From a virus: a stretch of 37,041 bases of DNA. Shown here piece by piece: positions 18,584 through 28,734 of this stretch. The notes under the pieces were generated by a model, which had not been told where the DNA came from, did no database searches, and saw only the letters and a program-made list of their open reading frames with translations. Position 1 is the first letter of the stretch, and every line of letters starts with the position of its first letter. Location: IMG/VR virus record IMGVR_UViG_3300045988_137870; one strand, written 5' to 3'. The position numbers and the translations under genes were made by a program.

Positions 18584-19939
18584 ATGGCATTAGGTGGCGG
18601 TACCTGGCTTTTCCAAAATAAAAAATTACCGGGTACATATATCAATTTCATTTCAAAAGACCGTCCGATGACGGATATTGCCGACCGCGGTTATGCGGCG
18701 ATGGCGCTTGATCTGGATTGGGGTGTAAGCGGAGCTGTATTCCGTGTGGAAGCGGAGGATTTTCAGAAGAACTGTCAGAAGATTTTCGGCTATGATTATG
18801 GCCATGATAAAATGAAGCCTTTGCGTGATTTGTTTATCAATCTGAAGACAGGGTATTTCTACCGTCTGAACAGTGGTGAAGAGAAAGCAAAGAATACACT
18901 GGCAACGGCAAAATATGCAGGAATCCGAGGGAATAGTTTATCTACTGCGGTACAGAGTGATCCGGATAACAGCGGAAAGTTCATCGTGTATACTTATCTC
19001 ACGACAGACGGACTGCTGAAAACGGTAGATAAACAGTCCAACGTCAGCAAAGGCGCGGATTTACAGGATAATGATTTTGTCGTATTCAGCAAAACCGCGA
19101 CACTTACTGTAAAAGCGGCGGAACCACTGACCGGGGGCACGAACGGAACAGCGGTTACTGTTTCCGAATATCAGTCTTTCATCGAGCATATAGAGCCATA
19201 TTATTTTAATATTTTAGGATATGCGGGCTCTGATGAGACAGTACAGTCTTTGCTGATTAATTTCACAAAGCGCTGCCGTGAAAACACGGGCTCAAAATTC
19301 CAGCTTGTTATTTACGGCAAGACCAAGGTTAATTATCCCGGCGTTATTTCTATTAAGAATAATGTGACAGATACGGGCGCTGAAAAAGGATCCTTAGTAT
19401 ACTGGCTCACTGGGAAAGAAGCGGCATGCGCAATTAATGCAAGCTGCACGAACGCAATCTATGACGGAGAATATACGGTCAATACAAACTTCAAGCAGTA
19501 TGAGCTTGAACAGGCGGTCAGCGATGGCATGCTCATGTTCCATAATGTCTCCGATTCGGTATCCGGCAATGTATTAGGCGATACCCGTGTTCTGACGGAT
19601 ATTAATACTTTCACGGAAGTAACCAAAGCAATGAACAAAGATTTTACGCTGAATCAGGTAATCCGCGTGCTGGATAATGCGGCAATTGACATTGCCCGAC
19701 TGTTTAATCGGATTTATCTCGGAAAGGTGCAGAATGATGCGGACGGGCGAATTTCTTTGTGGAAAGACGGCATTGCGTTGTTTGAAGAATACCAGCGTGT
19801 CAGGGCGATTCAGAACTTTATAGATGATGACTTGCCGGTACCCACACAGGGCGAAGAGAAAACTGCCGTTCTGTGGACATTTGAAATCCAGCCGACGGCA
19901 TGTATGGAAAAATTATATTGTACCGTGGTGGTAGCGTAA
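18584..19939 (+). CDS. Contractile tail sheath protein (XkdK-like)
   Basis: It has an AAGGAGG SD, the N-terminus MALGGGTWLFQNKKLPGTYINF and a size of 451 aa. Confidence 0.8.
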   Translation: MALGGGTWLFQNKKLPGTYINFISKDRPMTDIADRGYAAMALDLDWGVSGAVFRVEAEDFQKNCQKIFGYDYGHDKMKPLRDLFINLKTGYFYRLNSGEEKAKNTLATAKYAGIRGNSLSTAVQSDPDNSGKFIVYTYLTTDGLLKTVDKQSNVSKGADLQDNDFVVFSKTATLTVKAAEPLTGGTNGTAVTVSEYQSFIEHIEPYYFNILGYAGSDETVQSLLINFTKRCRENTGSKFQLVIYGKTKVNYPGVISIKNNVTDTGAEKGSLVYWLTGKEAACAINASCTNAIYDGEYTVNTNFKQYELEQAVSDGMLMFHNVSDSVSGNVLGDTRVLTDINTFTEVTKAMNKDFTLNQVIRVLDNAAIDIARLFNRIYLGKVQNDADGRISLWKDGIALFEEYQRVRAIQNFIDDDLPVPTQGEEKTAVLWTFEIQPTACMEKLYCTVVVA

Positions 19940-19954
19940 GAAAGGAGATAGCTC

Positions 19955-20446
19955 ATGGCAGATGAAATCAGTGCAATCCGTACGATGCTGGCCAAGGATG
20001 TTATTTCGGCAAAACTGGCCAGCGCCTATGTGACGGTAGATGGAAACAGGTATCTGTTATTTCAGGCAAAGAGCCTTGAAGCAACGATCGAAAAAGAGAA
20101 AGAAGAAGTTGCCATTCTGGGGCGCCTGATGAAGGGGAATAAGTCCGTGTCCGCTAAAGGCAGCGGTACATTGACAATTTACAAGAATACTTCGCTCTTT
20201 GAAAATATGATGCTGAAATACGTCAATCAGGGAGTGGATACTTACTTTGACCTGCAGGTCGTCAATAATGACCCGACCAGCGAAGCAGGAAAACATACTG
20301 TGATTCTGACCGGTTGCAATATCGATAAAGGTACTGTTGCCGGGTTCGATGCAGAAGGTAAGTGGCTTGAAGATGAGATTTCATTCACTTTTGAGGGAAT
20401 TAAGGTGCCTGAAAAATTCAAAGAACTTGATGGAATGAAAGCGTAA
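19955..20446 (+). CDS. Tail tube protein (XkdM-like)
   Basis: The call rests on position after the sheath gene, size and sequence character. Confidence 0.75.
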   Translation: MADEISAIRTMLAKDVISAKLASAYVTVDGNRYLLFQAKSLEATIEKEKEEVAILGRLMKGNKSVSAKGSGTLTIYKNTSLFENMMLKYVNQGVDTYFDLQVVNNDPTSEAGKHTVILTGCNIDKGTVAGFDAEGKWLEDEISFTFEGIKVPEKFKELDGMKA

Positions 20447-20450
20447 TGGC

Positions 20451-20477
20451 GGCGGGGGCATCCCCGCCTATTCTTTT
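20451..20477 (+). terminator. GC-rich hairpin plus T-tract after the tube gene
   Basis: GGCGGGG-gcat-CCCCGCC is followed by TATTCTTTT. Confidence 0.6.
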
Positions 20478-20493
20478 GTGAAAGGAAAACCAA

Positions 20494-20928
20494 ATGGCTG
20501 AAAAAACACTAAAAGCATTTTTTAAAGAAAACGTTATTAAAAAGGCACCGGTACAATATGCCGCGTCAAAGCGAATGGTTGGCGAAGACGGAAAACCCGT
20601 GCCGTGGGAAATCCGCGTACTGACTAATGAGGAAATGGACAGTCTACGTGATGCCTGCACGAAACGAATTCCGGTCAAAGGAACTAAAGACTGGAAGATG
20701 GAATTTGATCAGGATAAATTCATGATTGAAATGACACTGAAATCTGTCGTATTCCCCAATCTGAACGACGCAGAACTGCAGGGGAACTGGGACGCAATTG
20801 GAGCAGAAGAATTACTTAAAGCGATGCTGACACCAGGCGAACTGGCAGACCTGTATTCTGCCGTATCACAGGCGTCTGACTTTGAGGCAGGCATGGGCGA
20901 TAAGATCAAGACGGTAAAAAACTCTTAA
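20494..20928 (+). CDS. Tail assembly chaperone (XkdN-like), short form
   Basis: It lies between the tube and tape measure genes and is 144 aa. Confidence 0.7.
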   Translation: MAEKTLKAFFKENVIKKAPVQYAASKRMVGEDGKPVPWEIRVLTNEEMDSLRDACTKRIPVKGTKDWKMEFDQDKFMIEMTLKSVVFPNLNDAELQGNWDAIGAEELLKAMLTPGELADLYSAVSQASDFEAGMGDKIKTVKNS

Positions 20929-21098
20929 AGGCAAAGGATCTGGATGCACATGTGGCCTATTTTGCGCTTATTAAGCTGCATAGGCTGCCGCACGAGATTT
21001 TTACTTTGCCGGAACACGAATTGGCTATGATTTATGCTTTTGTTGATGAATACATCAAATCAGAGAAAAAGCAAACAGCCAAATTGAAGCGCAAATAG
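20494..21098 (+). CDS. Tail assembly chaperone, long form by -1 programmed frameshift at A_AAA_AAC (20916-20922)
   Basis: The slippery heptamer lies 2 codons before the stop. The -1 frame stays open for 58 codons more (KLLKAKDLDAHVAYFALIKLHRLPHEIF...KLKRK) and ends at TAG 21096-21098, just before the tape measure gene. Confidence 0.6.
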
Positions 21099-21114
21099 GA
21101 AGGGGGGGCAATAG

Positions 21115-23133
21115 ATGGCAACACTGCAGAACTACATCAGTCTTCGGGATGGTGTCAGTCCGATGCTTGAAAAAATGAGCCGTGCAGCTCACACCGTATC
21201 AAATAAATTAAACCTCGCCAGCGGAAGCGCCCGGGACGCCGGAGATTCTTTCGGTTATGCAGCTGAAAAAGCGGGGCTGTTTAAGAGCATCCTTGCCGGC
21301 AACATTGTCGGGAATGTCATCATGCGCGGGCTGGATAGTATTGCAGGTTCTATTTCAGGAGCTGTAGCGCTGGCTGATGAATACACAAGTTTGAATGCCA
21401 GGCTGGCACTGGTAGCCGGTTCACAGTCCAACGTGGCCGCACTAAATGATATGATTTACGAATCCGCGCAACGAGCACGTGGCGGGTATATGGATATGGC
21501 AAAAGCCGTGGCCAGCCTTTCCGTTAATGCCCGTGACGCTTTTCCTGACCCGCGGAAAACAGTGCAGTTTATGGAAGGTATGCAAAAGCTGTTTGTTATC
21601 GGCGGCGCATCTAAAGAGAATCAGCAGTTCGCCATGCTGCAGCTGCAGCAATCATTGGCCAGCGGCCGTCTGCAGGGCGATGAATTCAGGTCTATCACTG
21701 AAAACGCACCAATTTTGCAGGATATGATTGCTAAAACAATGAAGGTTTCCCGCGGCGAGTTGAAACAACTGTCTGCACAGGGGGAAATCACCGCAGATAT
21801 CATCAAGCGGGCTATATTTGAAAATATGGATGAAATTAATGATAAATTTGAGAGTATGCCAAAACGTTGGAGCGATCACTTTACAGATTTTAAAAATGTA
21901 GTATTGAAATCTTTTGCGCCGATTGCGGAACGTATCAATCGTCTGGCAAATAGTGAAGGTGTCCGTTCTATGTTCAGCATGCTGAAAAATGGAGTTAAGT
22001 CCACCATGCCTGTGCTTTACGCGGTTATCGGCGGTGTGGAGAAGTTTGTTAATATGTTCACTGCAGGAATTTCCACTGTGGCATCGTTTGTGCAAAATCA
22101 CAGCCTGCTTATGCAGATGGCACTTATCGCGCTGGGCGGGTATCTGGCATTTGTCGGAACGATGGCACTTGTTTCTGCTGGACAGATGGCGCTGGCAGCG
22201 ATATCAATGGCCGCTAAAACAGCGGCAGACTGGCTGGAGACGGCGGCACTAATCGCATTGACCGTGGCGCAGGAAGGCCTAAATGCGGCGCTGTATGCGT
22301 GTCCGCTGACATGGATAGTCGGGGCTATTATTGCTGTTATCGCCGTGCTGTATGCAGCGGTGGCTGCGGTTAATTATTTCGCAGGAACAAGCATATCAGC
22401 AACAGGCATTGTCTTTGGGGCATTTATGCTGCTGTTTTCTTCTATATGGAATATGATCGCATTTACCGTGAATATGTTTGTTTCTCTTGCTGAATTTATC
22501 GGGAACGTTTTCGTAGATCCTCTGAATGCCACTTATAACCTTTTTGCTGATATCTGGAATGGTGTCGTCGATCTGGTAGGACAGGCGGTAGCCGCTATTG
22601 TTGATATGATTGCTCAAATTCCCGGGATGAATAAGCTTGGAATAAGCACTGATTTTTCCGCAGAATCTCTCCATCTGGAGAGAAGAGAAATCTCCGGCAG
22701 TTATAATTATTCCGGTATGAAGATGAAAACGCTGGACTATGCAAATGAAATGACGTGGGGGTATAATGTCGGCGCGGGCATCGGTGACAGTATCAGCGAT
22801 GCTCTCCAGATGCCTGAAATAGCGGCACCCGGTTACAATGCCGAGGATATCGCCAATAACACGGCGAATACTGCAGACAATACCGGTAAGGGGGCAAAAG
22901 ACGCAAAAAGAGCAGCTGACGCTTTGGACAGTACGGCTGACGACCTTGCTTTTCTACGGGAAGCAGCTGAACGGGAAGCGGTCAATAAATATACGACAGC
23001 TACTATTCATATCGACGTAGGTGGGGTCACGGCAGGAGATACCGGCGGCAATGATTTTGATGGTGTCTTGCGGCGGTTGAATGATGTATTGATAGAATCA
23101 GTAGAAAACGGAGCGGAGGCGGTACAGCGATGA
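21115..23133 (+). CDS. Tail tape measure protein
   Basis: The TP901-type core (LQLQQSLASGRLQGDEFRSITENAPILQDMIA) and a long hydrophobic central region are present. Confidence 0.85.
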   Translation: MATLQNYISLRDGVSPMLEKMSRAAHTVSNKLNLASGSARDAGDSFGYAAEKAGLFKSILAGNIVGNVIMRGLDSIAGSISGAVALADEYTSLNARLALVAGSQSNVAALNDMIYESAQRARGGYMDMAKAVASLSVNARDAFPDPRKTVQFMEGMQKLFVIGGASKENQQFAMLQLQQSLASGRLQGDEFRSITENAPILQDMIAKTMKVSRGELKQLSAQGEITADIIKRAIFENMDEINDKFESMPKRWSDHFTDFKNVVLKSFAPIAERINRLANSEGVRSMFSMLKNGVKSTMPVLYAVIGGVEKFVNMFTAGISTVASFVQNHSLLMQMALIALGGYLAFVGTMALVSAGQMALAAISMAAKTAADWLETAALIALTVAQEGLNAALYACPLTWIVGAIIAVIAVLYAAVAAVNYFAGTSISATGIVFGAFMLLFSSIWNMIAFTVNMFVSLAEFIGNVFVDPLNATYNLFADIWNGVVDLVGQAVAAIVDMIAQIPGMNKLGISTDFSAESLHLERREISGSYNYSGMKMKTLDYANEMTWGYNVGAGIGDSISDALQMPEIAAPGYNAEDIANNTANTADNTGKGAKDAKRAADALDSTADDLAFLREAAEREAVNKYTTATIHIDVGGVTAGDTGGNDFDGVLRRLNDVLIESVENGAEAVQR

Positions 23134-23870
23134 GTTACTATTTCTTTTTAGGAAATACCATGCTGCCCGTTCCGCCGCCCAGAATGAATACAAAAATCAA
23201 TGGGAAAAACAAAACGATCAATCTGATTAATGAAGGAGAAGTCAATTTAATCAAGATGCCCGGATTAACAGAAATATCATTTGACTTCTTGCTGCCTAAT
23301 AGCAGGTATCCTTTTGCAAATTACGATTCATCACTACAGACAGGATTAATCAATTATGCGGTGGGGGCAATTTCATCCCGTATCGGAGGTTCTTTAGGAA
23401 ACGCATTTTCTTTTAAGAAAGCGGCACCGTTTCTTGATTCGCTCAAGGCCTCAAAAGAGACACGAAATCCTATCCGATTTATCGTTACCCGCATGGGTTT
23501 TGATTATTCCCAATTGTGGAATACCAATATGCTTTGCACTGTTGAGAATTATACAATATGTGAGGATGCCCGGAACGGAAACGATTTGAATATCAGCATT
23601 GTGCTTAAGCAGTATAAATTCTTTGGAACAAAAGAAGTAGAAGTGACGAAGAATGAAGATGGTACGGAAACATTGCGGGTAAAAGAACCGCGATATACCC
23701 CGACAACGCAGGTTCCCGCGATAATGAAAATAACAAATCAATTGTCTGTGCTGGAAGCCTGTAAAGGTGTTATTGGTGGCAATCTTGACTGGCGCACAGT
23801 GGCCAACGCCAGCGGGGTGACTAACCCGCTGGAAAAGAATATAAAAGGGCAGGTGCTTAAACTTGTTTGA
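23130..23870 (+). CDS. XkdP-like tail/baseplate protein with C-terminal LysM-like segment
   Basis: The N-terminus (MSYYFFLGNTMLPVPP...LTEISFDFLLP) is typical. It also fits the Xkd synteny. Confidence 0.6.
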   Translation: MSYYFFLGNTMLPVPPPRMNTKINGKNKTINLINEGEVNLIKMPGLTEISFDFLLPNSRYPFANYDSSLQTGLINYAVGAISSRIGGSLGNAFSFKKAAPFLDSLKASKETRNPIRFIVTRMGFDYSQLWNTNMLCTVENYTICEDARNGNDLNISIVLKQYKFFGTKEVEVTKNEDGTETLRVKEPRYTPTTQVPAIMKITNQLSVLEACKGVIGGNLDWRTVANASGVTNPLEKNIKGQVLKLV

Positions 23871-24861
23871 CGTTATTATCCATAACAAGACGGAAAATAA
23901 ATACTACGCGCCTGCGGTGTTAGATGGAGCGAAAATCGAATGGACTATCAGCGGGGCACCGGGAAAGTTCACGTTTACCGTATACAAAGATGAAACTCTT
24001 AAATTTGTTGAGGGTGATACAGTGCAGGTCAAGGTTGGAGATAAAGCTGTTTTTTTCGGGTTTGTTTTTGTAAAAAAACGAAACAAAGACAGCAGTATTG
24101 ATGTCACTGCTTATGATCAACTCCGATACCTGAAAAATAAAGAAAGCTGGCAATACAAGAATATGACCGCTACGCAGGTCATACAGAGGCTGGCCGAATA
24201 TTTTCAGCTAAAAGTTGGAACGTTAGCGGACACTAAATTCGTGATTGATAAGAGGGTGGAAGATAATGCCACTCTCTTTGATATTATCCAAGGTGCGCTG
24301 GATATCACCTTGGTCAATACAAAAGAAGTTTATGTGCTTTACGATGATTTCCAAAAACTCATGCTTTCTAAGCCGATTGACATGGTGGTTCCTATTCTCA
24401 TAGATAATGAAACCGCAGAAGATTTTGATTATGAAAGCAGCATAGACAAGGACACGTATAACTTAGTCAAGTTGGTAGTAGAAGACAAGCAGGCGGCGGG
24501 AGAAGGTAAGCGAAAAGAGTTCTATGCGCCGATGAGCCCCGACGAGTTCGCGAAATCGAAGGAGAAAGACCAGTGGGGCGTTCTGCAGTACTATGAAAAG
24601 CTGCAGAAGAATATCCAAAATCCACAGGAACGGGCTAACCAAATGCTTAAGTTCTATAATGTAGTCCGTCGTAAATTGGACATAAAAGGGGCGGCCGGAG
24701 ATATCCGGGTGCGTGCGGGTTCTATGATTTACGTAAAGCTCAATTTGGGCGATGTGGAATTAGCGCAGAAAGTACTGGTCACAAAGGTGGTTCATACATT
24801 TTCTAACCAGGCGCACATGATGGACTTGACGCTGAAAGGCGGTGTAATCAATGATCAATGA
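23863..24861 (+). CDS. XkdQ/YqbQ-like (gpD-like) baseplate hub protein
   Basis: The call rests on synteny and N-terminal similarity to the XkdQ family. Confidence 0.65.
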   Translation: MFDVIIHNKTENKYYAPAVLDGAKIEWTISGAPGKFTFTVYKDETLKFVEGDTVQVKVGDKAVFFGFVFVKKRNKDSSIDVTAYDQLRYLKNKESWQYKNMTATQVIQRLAEYFQLKVGTLADTKFVIDKRVEDNATLFDIIQGALDITLVNTKEVYVLYDDFQKLMLSKPIDMVVPILIDNETAEDFDYESSIDKDTYNLVKLVVEDKQAAGEGKRKEFYAPMSPDEFAKSKEKDQWGVLQYYEKLQKNIQNPQERANQMLKFYNVVRRKLDIKGAAGDIRVRAGSMIYVKLNLGDVELAQKVLVTKVVHTFSNQAHMMDLTLKGGVINDQ

Positions 24862-25279
24862 TGAATTGCCGAATGTATTGAAATCTCTTGTCGCACAGAC
24901 CGTGCGCGGAATGAATCCGTCTGATTTCGTTCTGGGCGAAGTCATATCTGAGGCACCTTTAGTTATCCGTGTAGGAGAGAATGAACTGGATGAAGATTTT
25001 CTGATACTTTCCGATAATGTCCGTGATTTTGAAGTAGATATTGAAGTCAACCACATTACTGAAAAACGGGCAGGCGGCGGAGGATACGCAGAGTATGCCA
25101 GCCATGACCATGGTTATAAAGGGAGGAAGAAGATCATTATCTATAACGGATTAAAAATCGGAGAGAAAGTCGTCATGATACAGCAGTCCGGCGGACAGCT
25201 GTTTTTTGTTGCTAATCGTGTATACAACCATTCTGAGGTCCACGGGCAATGGGGGTGGTTAAATGAAACTATTACCTGA
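24851..25279 (+). CDS. DUF2577 (XkdR-like) baseplate spike protein
   Basis: The call rests on synteny and sequence character. Confidence 0.6.
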   Translation: MINDELPNVLKSLVAQTVRGMNPSDFVLGEVISEAPLVIRVGENELDEDFLILSDNVRDFEVDIEVNHITEKRAGGGGYAEYASHDHGYKGRKKIIIYNGLKIGEKVVMIQQSGGQLFFVANRVYNHSEVHGQWGWLNETIT

Positions 25280-25685
25280 AGAATTTAACAATGTTTCCAT
25301 TGCGGGCAGCCAGACACGTATGCCGTCTAAAACCTATCGAATGAATATTGAGGGAGGAACCGTATCGGGAACAATAACAGATGACTTGGAAGCTGTGCGG
25401 CAAGCGGTCTATAAAGTTTTAAATACAGAACGGTATAAACACATCATTTATTCTTCGAATTACGGCGTGGAACTTGCCGATCTATTTGGTAAACCTATGC
25501 CCTATGTTATCCCTGAAATTCCGCGCCGGATAGAAGAGGCACTGCTGGTAGATGACCGTATCAACAAAGTAGACGGTTTTGATTTGCAATATGATAAGCA
25601 GGGAAACGTCAAATGTTATTTTGTAGTTCATTCTATTTTCGGGGATATTGAGATGGAAAGGAGTGTGAAAGTAAGGAATGTATGA
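25263..25685 (+). CDS. DUF2634 (XkdS/gp25-W-like) baseplate wedge protein
   Basis: The call rests on synteny and the motif ...EAVRQAVYKVLNTERYKHIIYSSNYG... Confidence 0.6.
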   Translation: MKLLPEEFNNVSIAGSQTRMPSKTYRMNIEGGTVSGTITDDLEAVRQAVYKVLNTERYKHIIYSSNYGVELADLFGKPMPYVIPEIPRRIEEALLVDDRINKVDGFDLQYDKQGNVKCYFVVHSIFGDIEMERSVKVRNV

Positions 25686-26775
25686 GGATCAAACGAGCCA
25701 AGTCATAGAAAAAAGAATGCTGGATACTGTTAGTCCCGCAATGGATAAACGAGAAGGCAGTATTATACATGATGCAACGGCTCCGGTATCGATCGAACTT
25801 GAACTGATGTATGCCGCATTGGACTGGTTTATGAAAAACACATTTGGTGATACGGCAGAGCGTCAGTTTTTGATTGAGCGTGCTTTGGAACGAGGACTTG
25901 TGCCGTATAAAGCAACAAGAGCGGTCGTACGTGGGATATTTACTCCGAGTGCGTTGGAAATACCAATTGGGCATCGATTTTCCTGTAACGGAATCAATTA
26001 TGCGGTAACGGAAAAGTTAAAAGCCGGTAGTTATCTACTGCGCTGTGAAACTGTAGGTGTTTCCGGAAATAAGGAAGCGGGAATGCTTGTGCCGATTGAT
26101 AATTTACCAGATCTGCAGTCTGCAAAGATTGAAGCGCTGACTATCCCCGCAATTGATGACGAAGATACGGAAGTGTTCCGGCAACGGTATTTAAAAAGTT
26201 TCGAAACGCAGGCATATGGTGGAAATATTGCGGATTATAAAGAAAAGGTACTATCTATTGCCGGTGTGGGCGGCGTCAAAGTGTACCCGGTCTGGAACGG
26301 CGGAGGCACGGTTAAAGTCGTATTTTGCACATCCGAATTTAAATCGCCCGATAGTGAATTTGTGAACACAGTGCAGGAAATGCTGGATCCGGTTCCTTAT
26401 CACCAGAAAGGCGTCGGTGTAGCACCGATAGGACATTATGTAACAGTAGCAGGGGTAACGGAAAAAACAATTAACATTAAAGCAAAAATTTCTGTAAAAA
26501 GTGGGTTTGTATTGAGTGATATAAAACCGAAAGTCACAGAAGCGATCAATGACTATCTGAAAGAGCTTAATCGAGAGTGGAAAAATACACAGACTATATC
26601 GGTTAACGAGTTTACGAATATAGGACTTATCGTCCGTGTGTCTAAGATAGAAAGCTGTATTTTAGATGTAACCGGCGTTCTCGATGTGGAAGAATCTACT
26701 ATTAACGGATCAAAACAAAACCTGCAGCTGGGCGTTGATGAAATTGTTAAATTGGGGGGGCTGACGTATGAGTAA
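25678..26775 (+). CDS. Baseplate J-like protein (XkdT-like)
   Basis: The call rests on size, synteny and sequence character. Confidence 0.75.
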   Translation: MYEDQTSQVIEKRMLDTVSPAMDKREGSIIHDATAPVSIELELMYAALDWFMKNTFGDTAERQFLIERALERGLVPYKATRAVVRGIFTPSALEIPIGHRFSCNGINYAVTEKLKAGSYLLRCETVGVSGNKEAGMLVPIDNLPDLQSAKIEALTIPAIDDEDTEVFRQRYLKSFETQAYGGNIADYKEKVLSIAGVGGVKVYPVWNGGGTVKVVFCTSEFKSPDSEFVNTVQEMLDPVPYHQKGVGVAPIGHYVTVAGVTEKTINIKAKISVKSGFVLSDIKPKVTEAINDYLKELNREWKNTQTISVNEFTNIGLIVRVSKIESCILDVTGVLDVEESTINGSKQNLQLGVDEIVKLGGLTYE

Positions 26776-27355
26776 TAATTTACGGGATAGCCTCAAATTG
26801 CGGAAAGCAAATATTAGACATTATTTCCCTGATGTGCTTGTTAATGCGGTAGAGTTTAAAGAATTTGCAAAAACGGTAGATCCAGAGATGAATTGTATTA
26901 TTGGGCTGCTCGTTGAAAAAGCTTTAAATACTTTTATCTTTGATCTCGATGAGGATGGAGCAACACGGTGGGAAGATATGCTGAAACTGACACCGAGAAG
27001 TACGGATACTCTAAATGATCGGCGAATGGCGATTCTTGCTAAAATCACACCGAATATTCCATATACATACAAAAAACTGGAGATTCTGCTGGATGGTATT
27101 TGCGGCGCAGGGAATTACAGTATCAATCTAAAACACAATCAATATTACATAAAAATACTGATTGCATTAGGCGTTAAAAGACAAAGACAAACTGCAGAAT
27201 ATATGCTCCGATGTGTATTGCCCGCAAATCTAACAATTGAAATAGATCTGATGTATAACCGTCACATAGATCTGAAACGATTTACTCACAGAAGAATAAA
27301 AGAATTGATGTATACTCATCATGATTTAAGAGCGGAGGTACTGGCAGATGCCTAA
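26768..27355 (+). CDS. DUF2313/YmfQ (XkdU-like) tail protein
   Basis: The call rests on synteny after baseplate J. Confidence 0.6.
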   Translation: MSNNLRDSLKLRKANIRHYFPDVLVNAVEFKEFAKTVDPEMNCIIGLLVEKALNTFIFDLDEDGATRWEDMLKLTPRSTDTLNDRRMAILAKITPNIPYTYKKLEILLDGICGAGNYSINLKHNQYYIKILIALGVKRQRQTAEYMLRCVLPANLTIEIDLMYNRHIDLKRFTHRRIKELMYTHHDLRAEVLADA

Positions 27356-28322
27356 TTACACCAAAACGATAAACCTTGAAAAGCCTTTGCAAACAGAAGT
27401 TTACGATGTGGATAAACGGAATGCAAACTGGGATAAGATTGATAAGGCTATCAAGAAAGACCGGGACGATGCAGATACTCATGCCGCAGATCCCGATGCC
27501 CACGCAAATGGGATAGCTGGCAACGCTGCCAGTGCTACAAAGTTAAAAACCGCAAGGAAAATTACCCTTGGCGGCGATATCCGAACCATCGGAAGGACAT
27601 TTGACGGCAGTGGAAATATTGAATTTAATGATATTCAAGTTATCCATGCGAAGGAAGCCGATGAGGCAACCCAAGCCGTAAACGATACTAATGGCAATCG
27701 TATAGATACTACTTATGGCCCTGTAGGCTATACATTAGAAGAAGCTTTCAAGAATGGAGTTACAAATGATGCGCTATTGGTGGATATTACTCATGGTTTG
27801 TCCAATATAAATAAACCTTGCATAATAAACAATATAAAAACTTTGCATAATTGTCCTCCGGACTTAGCCTGGGGTGTCCGTGAAACCTGCTTCATTAACA
27901 CAAACGTGGTTGTCGTCCGCATAACTGGGCTAGATAATAACGGACAGACCAACTGCATATGGACGAATATATATAATCAGGTCAATTGGACTGGATGGCA
28001 GAAATATGCGCACACGTCGGATATTCTTCCACCTATTGAAGCAGCGAACATTGGGAATCCCGCGAATTGGTGGGTGAAAATACGAGGCGGTTTCATTATA
28101 CAAGGTGGCTTCTATGCTATTAACAGTACAGCAAACAAAGAGACACCATTCACCGTTGCATTCCCGATTGCATTTTCGACGACCTGTATGGGGATATGCG
28201 GGAACGATGTTGGATCTGGTGTCTTTGCATTATCATTCAATCCGATATCTAATGCGCTATTTAATGTTTGGCGTGGTGGTAATAGGCCTACAACCTTTAG
28301 GTATACGGCATTCGGTTTTTAA
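27348..28322 (+). CDS. Tail fibre / receptor-binding protein
   Basis: The conserved fibre N-terminus (NWDKID...HAADPDAH...ATKLKTARKITLGGD) is present. The C-terminal module (...GGFIIQGG...VAFPIAFS...) resembles gp53-like fibre tips. Confidence 0.7.
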   Translation: MPNYTKTINLEKPLQTEVYDVDKRNANWDKIDKAIKKDRDDADTHAADPDAHANGIAGNAASATKLKTARKITLGGDIRTIGRTFDGSGNIEFNDIQVIHAKEADEATQAVNDTNGNRIDTTYGPVGYTLEEAFKNGVTNDALLVDITHGLSNINKPCIINNIKTLHNCPPDLAWGVRETCFINTNVVVVRITGLDNNGQTNCIWTNIYNQVNWTGWQKYAHTSDILPPIEAANIGNPANWWVKIRGGFIIQGGFYAINSTANKETPFTVAFPIAFSTTCMGICGNDVGSGVFALSFNPISNALFNVWRGGNRPTTFRYTAFGF

Positions 28323-28332
28323 TGGAGGGAAT

Positions 28333-28734
28333 ATGAAATATTTATCTATTTTTGCGAAGAAAACTGGTGAAAGATTAACGTCTTTTGTGGTCGGCATCCA
28401 TGGTGCGACGATACAAGAACTCAAAGAAAAAGCTAAGAGCGAATACCCATCTGCAATACAGATAGAACAAACAGCAGTAGAATGGCAGGAATCCTTAAAC
28501 GAAAACTATATTCTGAAAGATGGTAAGCTTACAAAACCTATTGAACCAAACGAAGTAGAGAAAAGAAATAATAAACTTGTGGCATTAGATACTAATTATG
28601 AAAAACAAATCAGCGACCTTGAACTCAAAATGGCAAAAGCAAAAGCGATTGAAGATGAGGATCTATACACTGAGTTAAAAGAAGAGCGAGAATCATTGAT
28701 AAACGAATACGTAGAAAAGAGAGGGGAAATTTAA
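28333..28734 (+). CDS. Hypothetical protein, possible tail-fibre chaperone
   Basis: The ATG at 28333 follows a GGAGGG SD. The longer ORF from 28105 overlaps the fibre gene and lacks an SD. Confidence 0.45.
   Translation: MKYLSIFAKKTGERLTSFVVGIHGATIQELKEKAKSEYPSAIQIEQTAVEWQESLNENYILKDGKLTKPIEPNEVEKRNNKLVALDTNYEKQISDLELKMAKAKAIEDEDLYTELKEERESLINEYVEKRGEI

Noticed and set aside
21989-22252. Alternative-frame ORFs inside the tape measure gene (21479-21727, 21989-22252, 22838-23020)
   Set aside because: They are embedded in a confidently called long gene. They have no SDs and an Arg/Cys/Trp-rich composition typical of off-frame translation.
28105-28734. Long 209-aa ORF overlapping the 3' end of the tail-fibre gene
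   Set aside because: The upstream 76 codons are out of frame inside the fibre gene and lack an SD. The ATG at 28333 follows GGAGGG right after the fibre stop.
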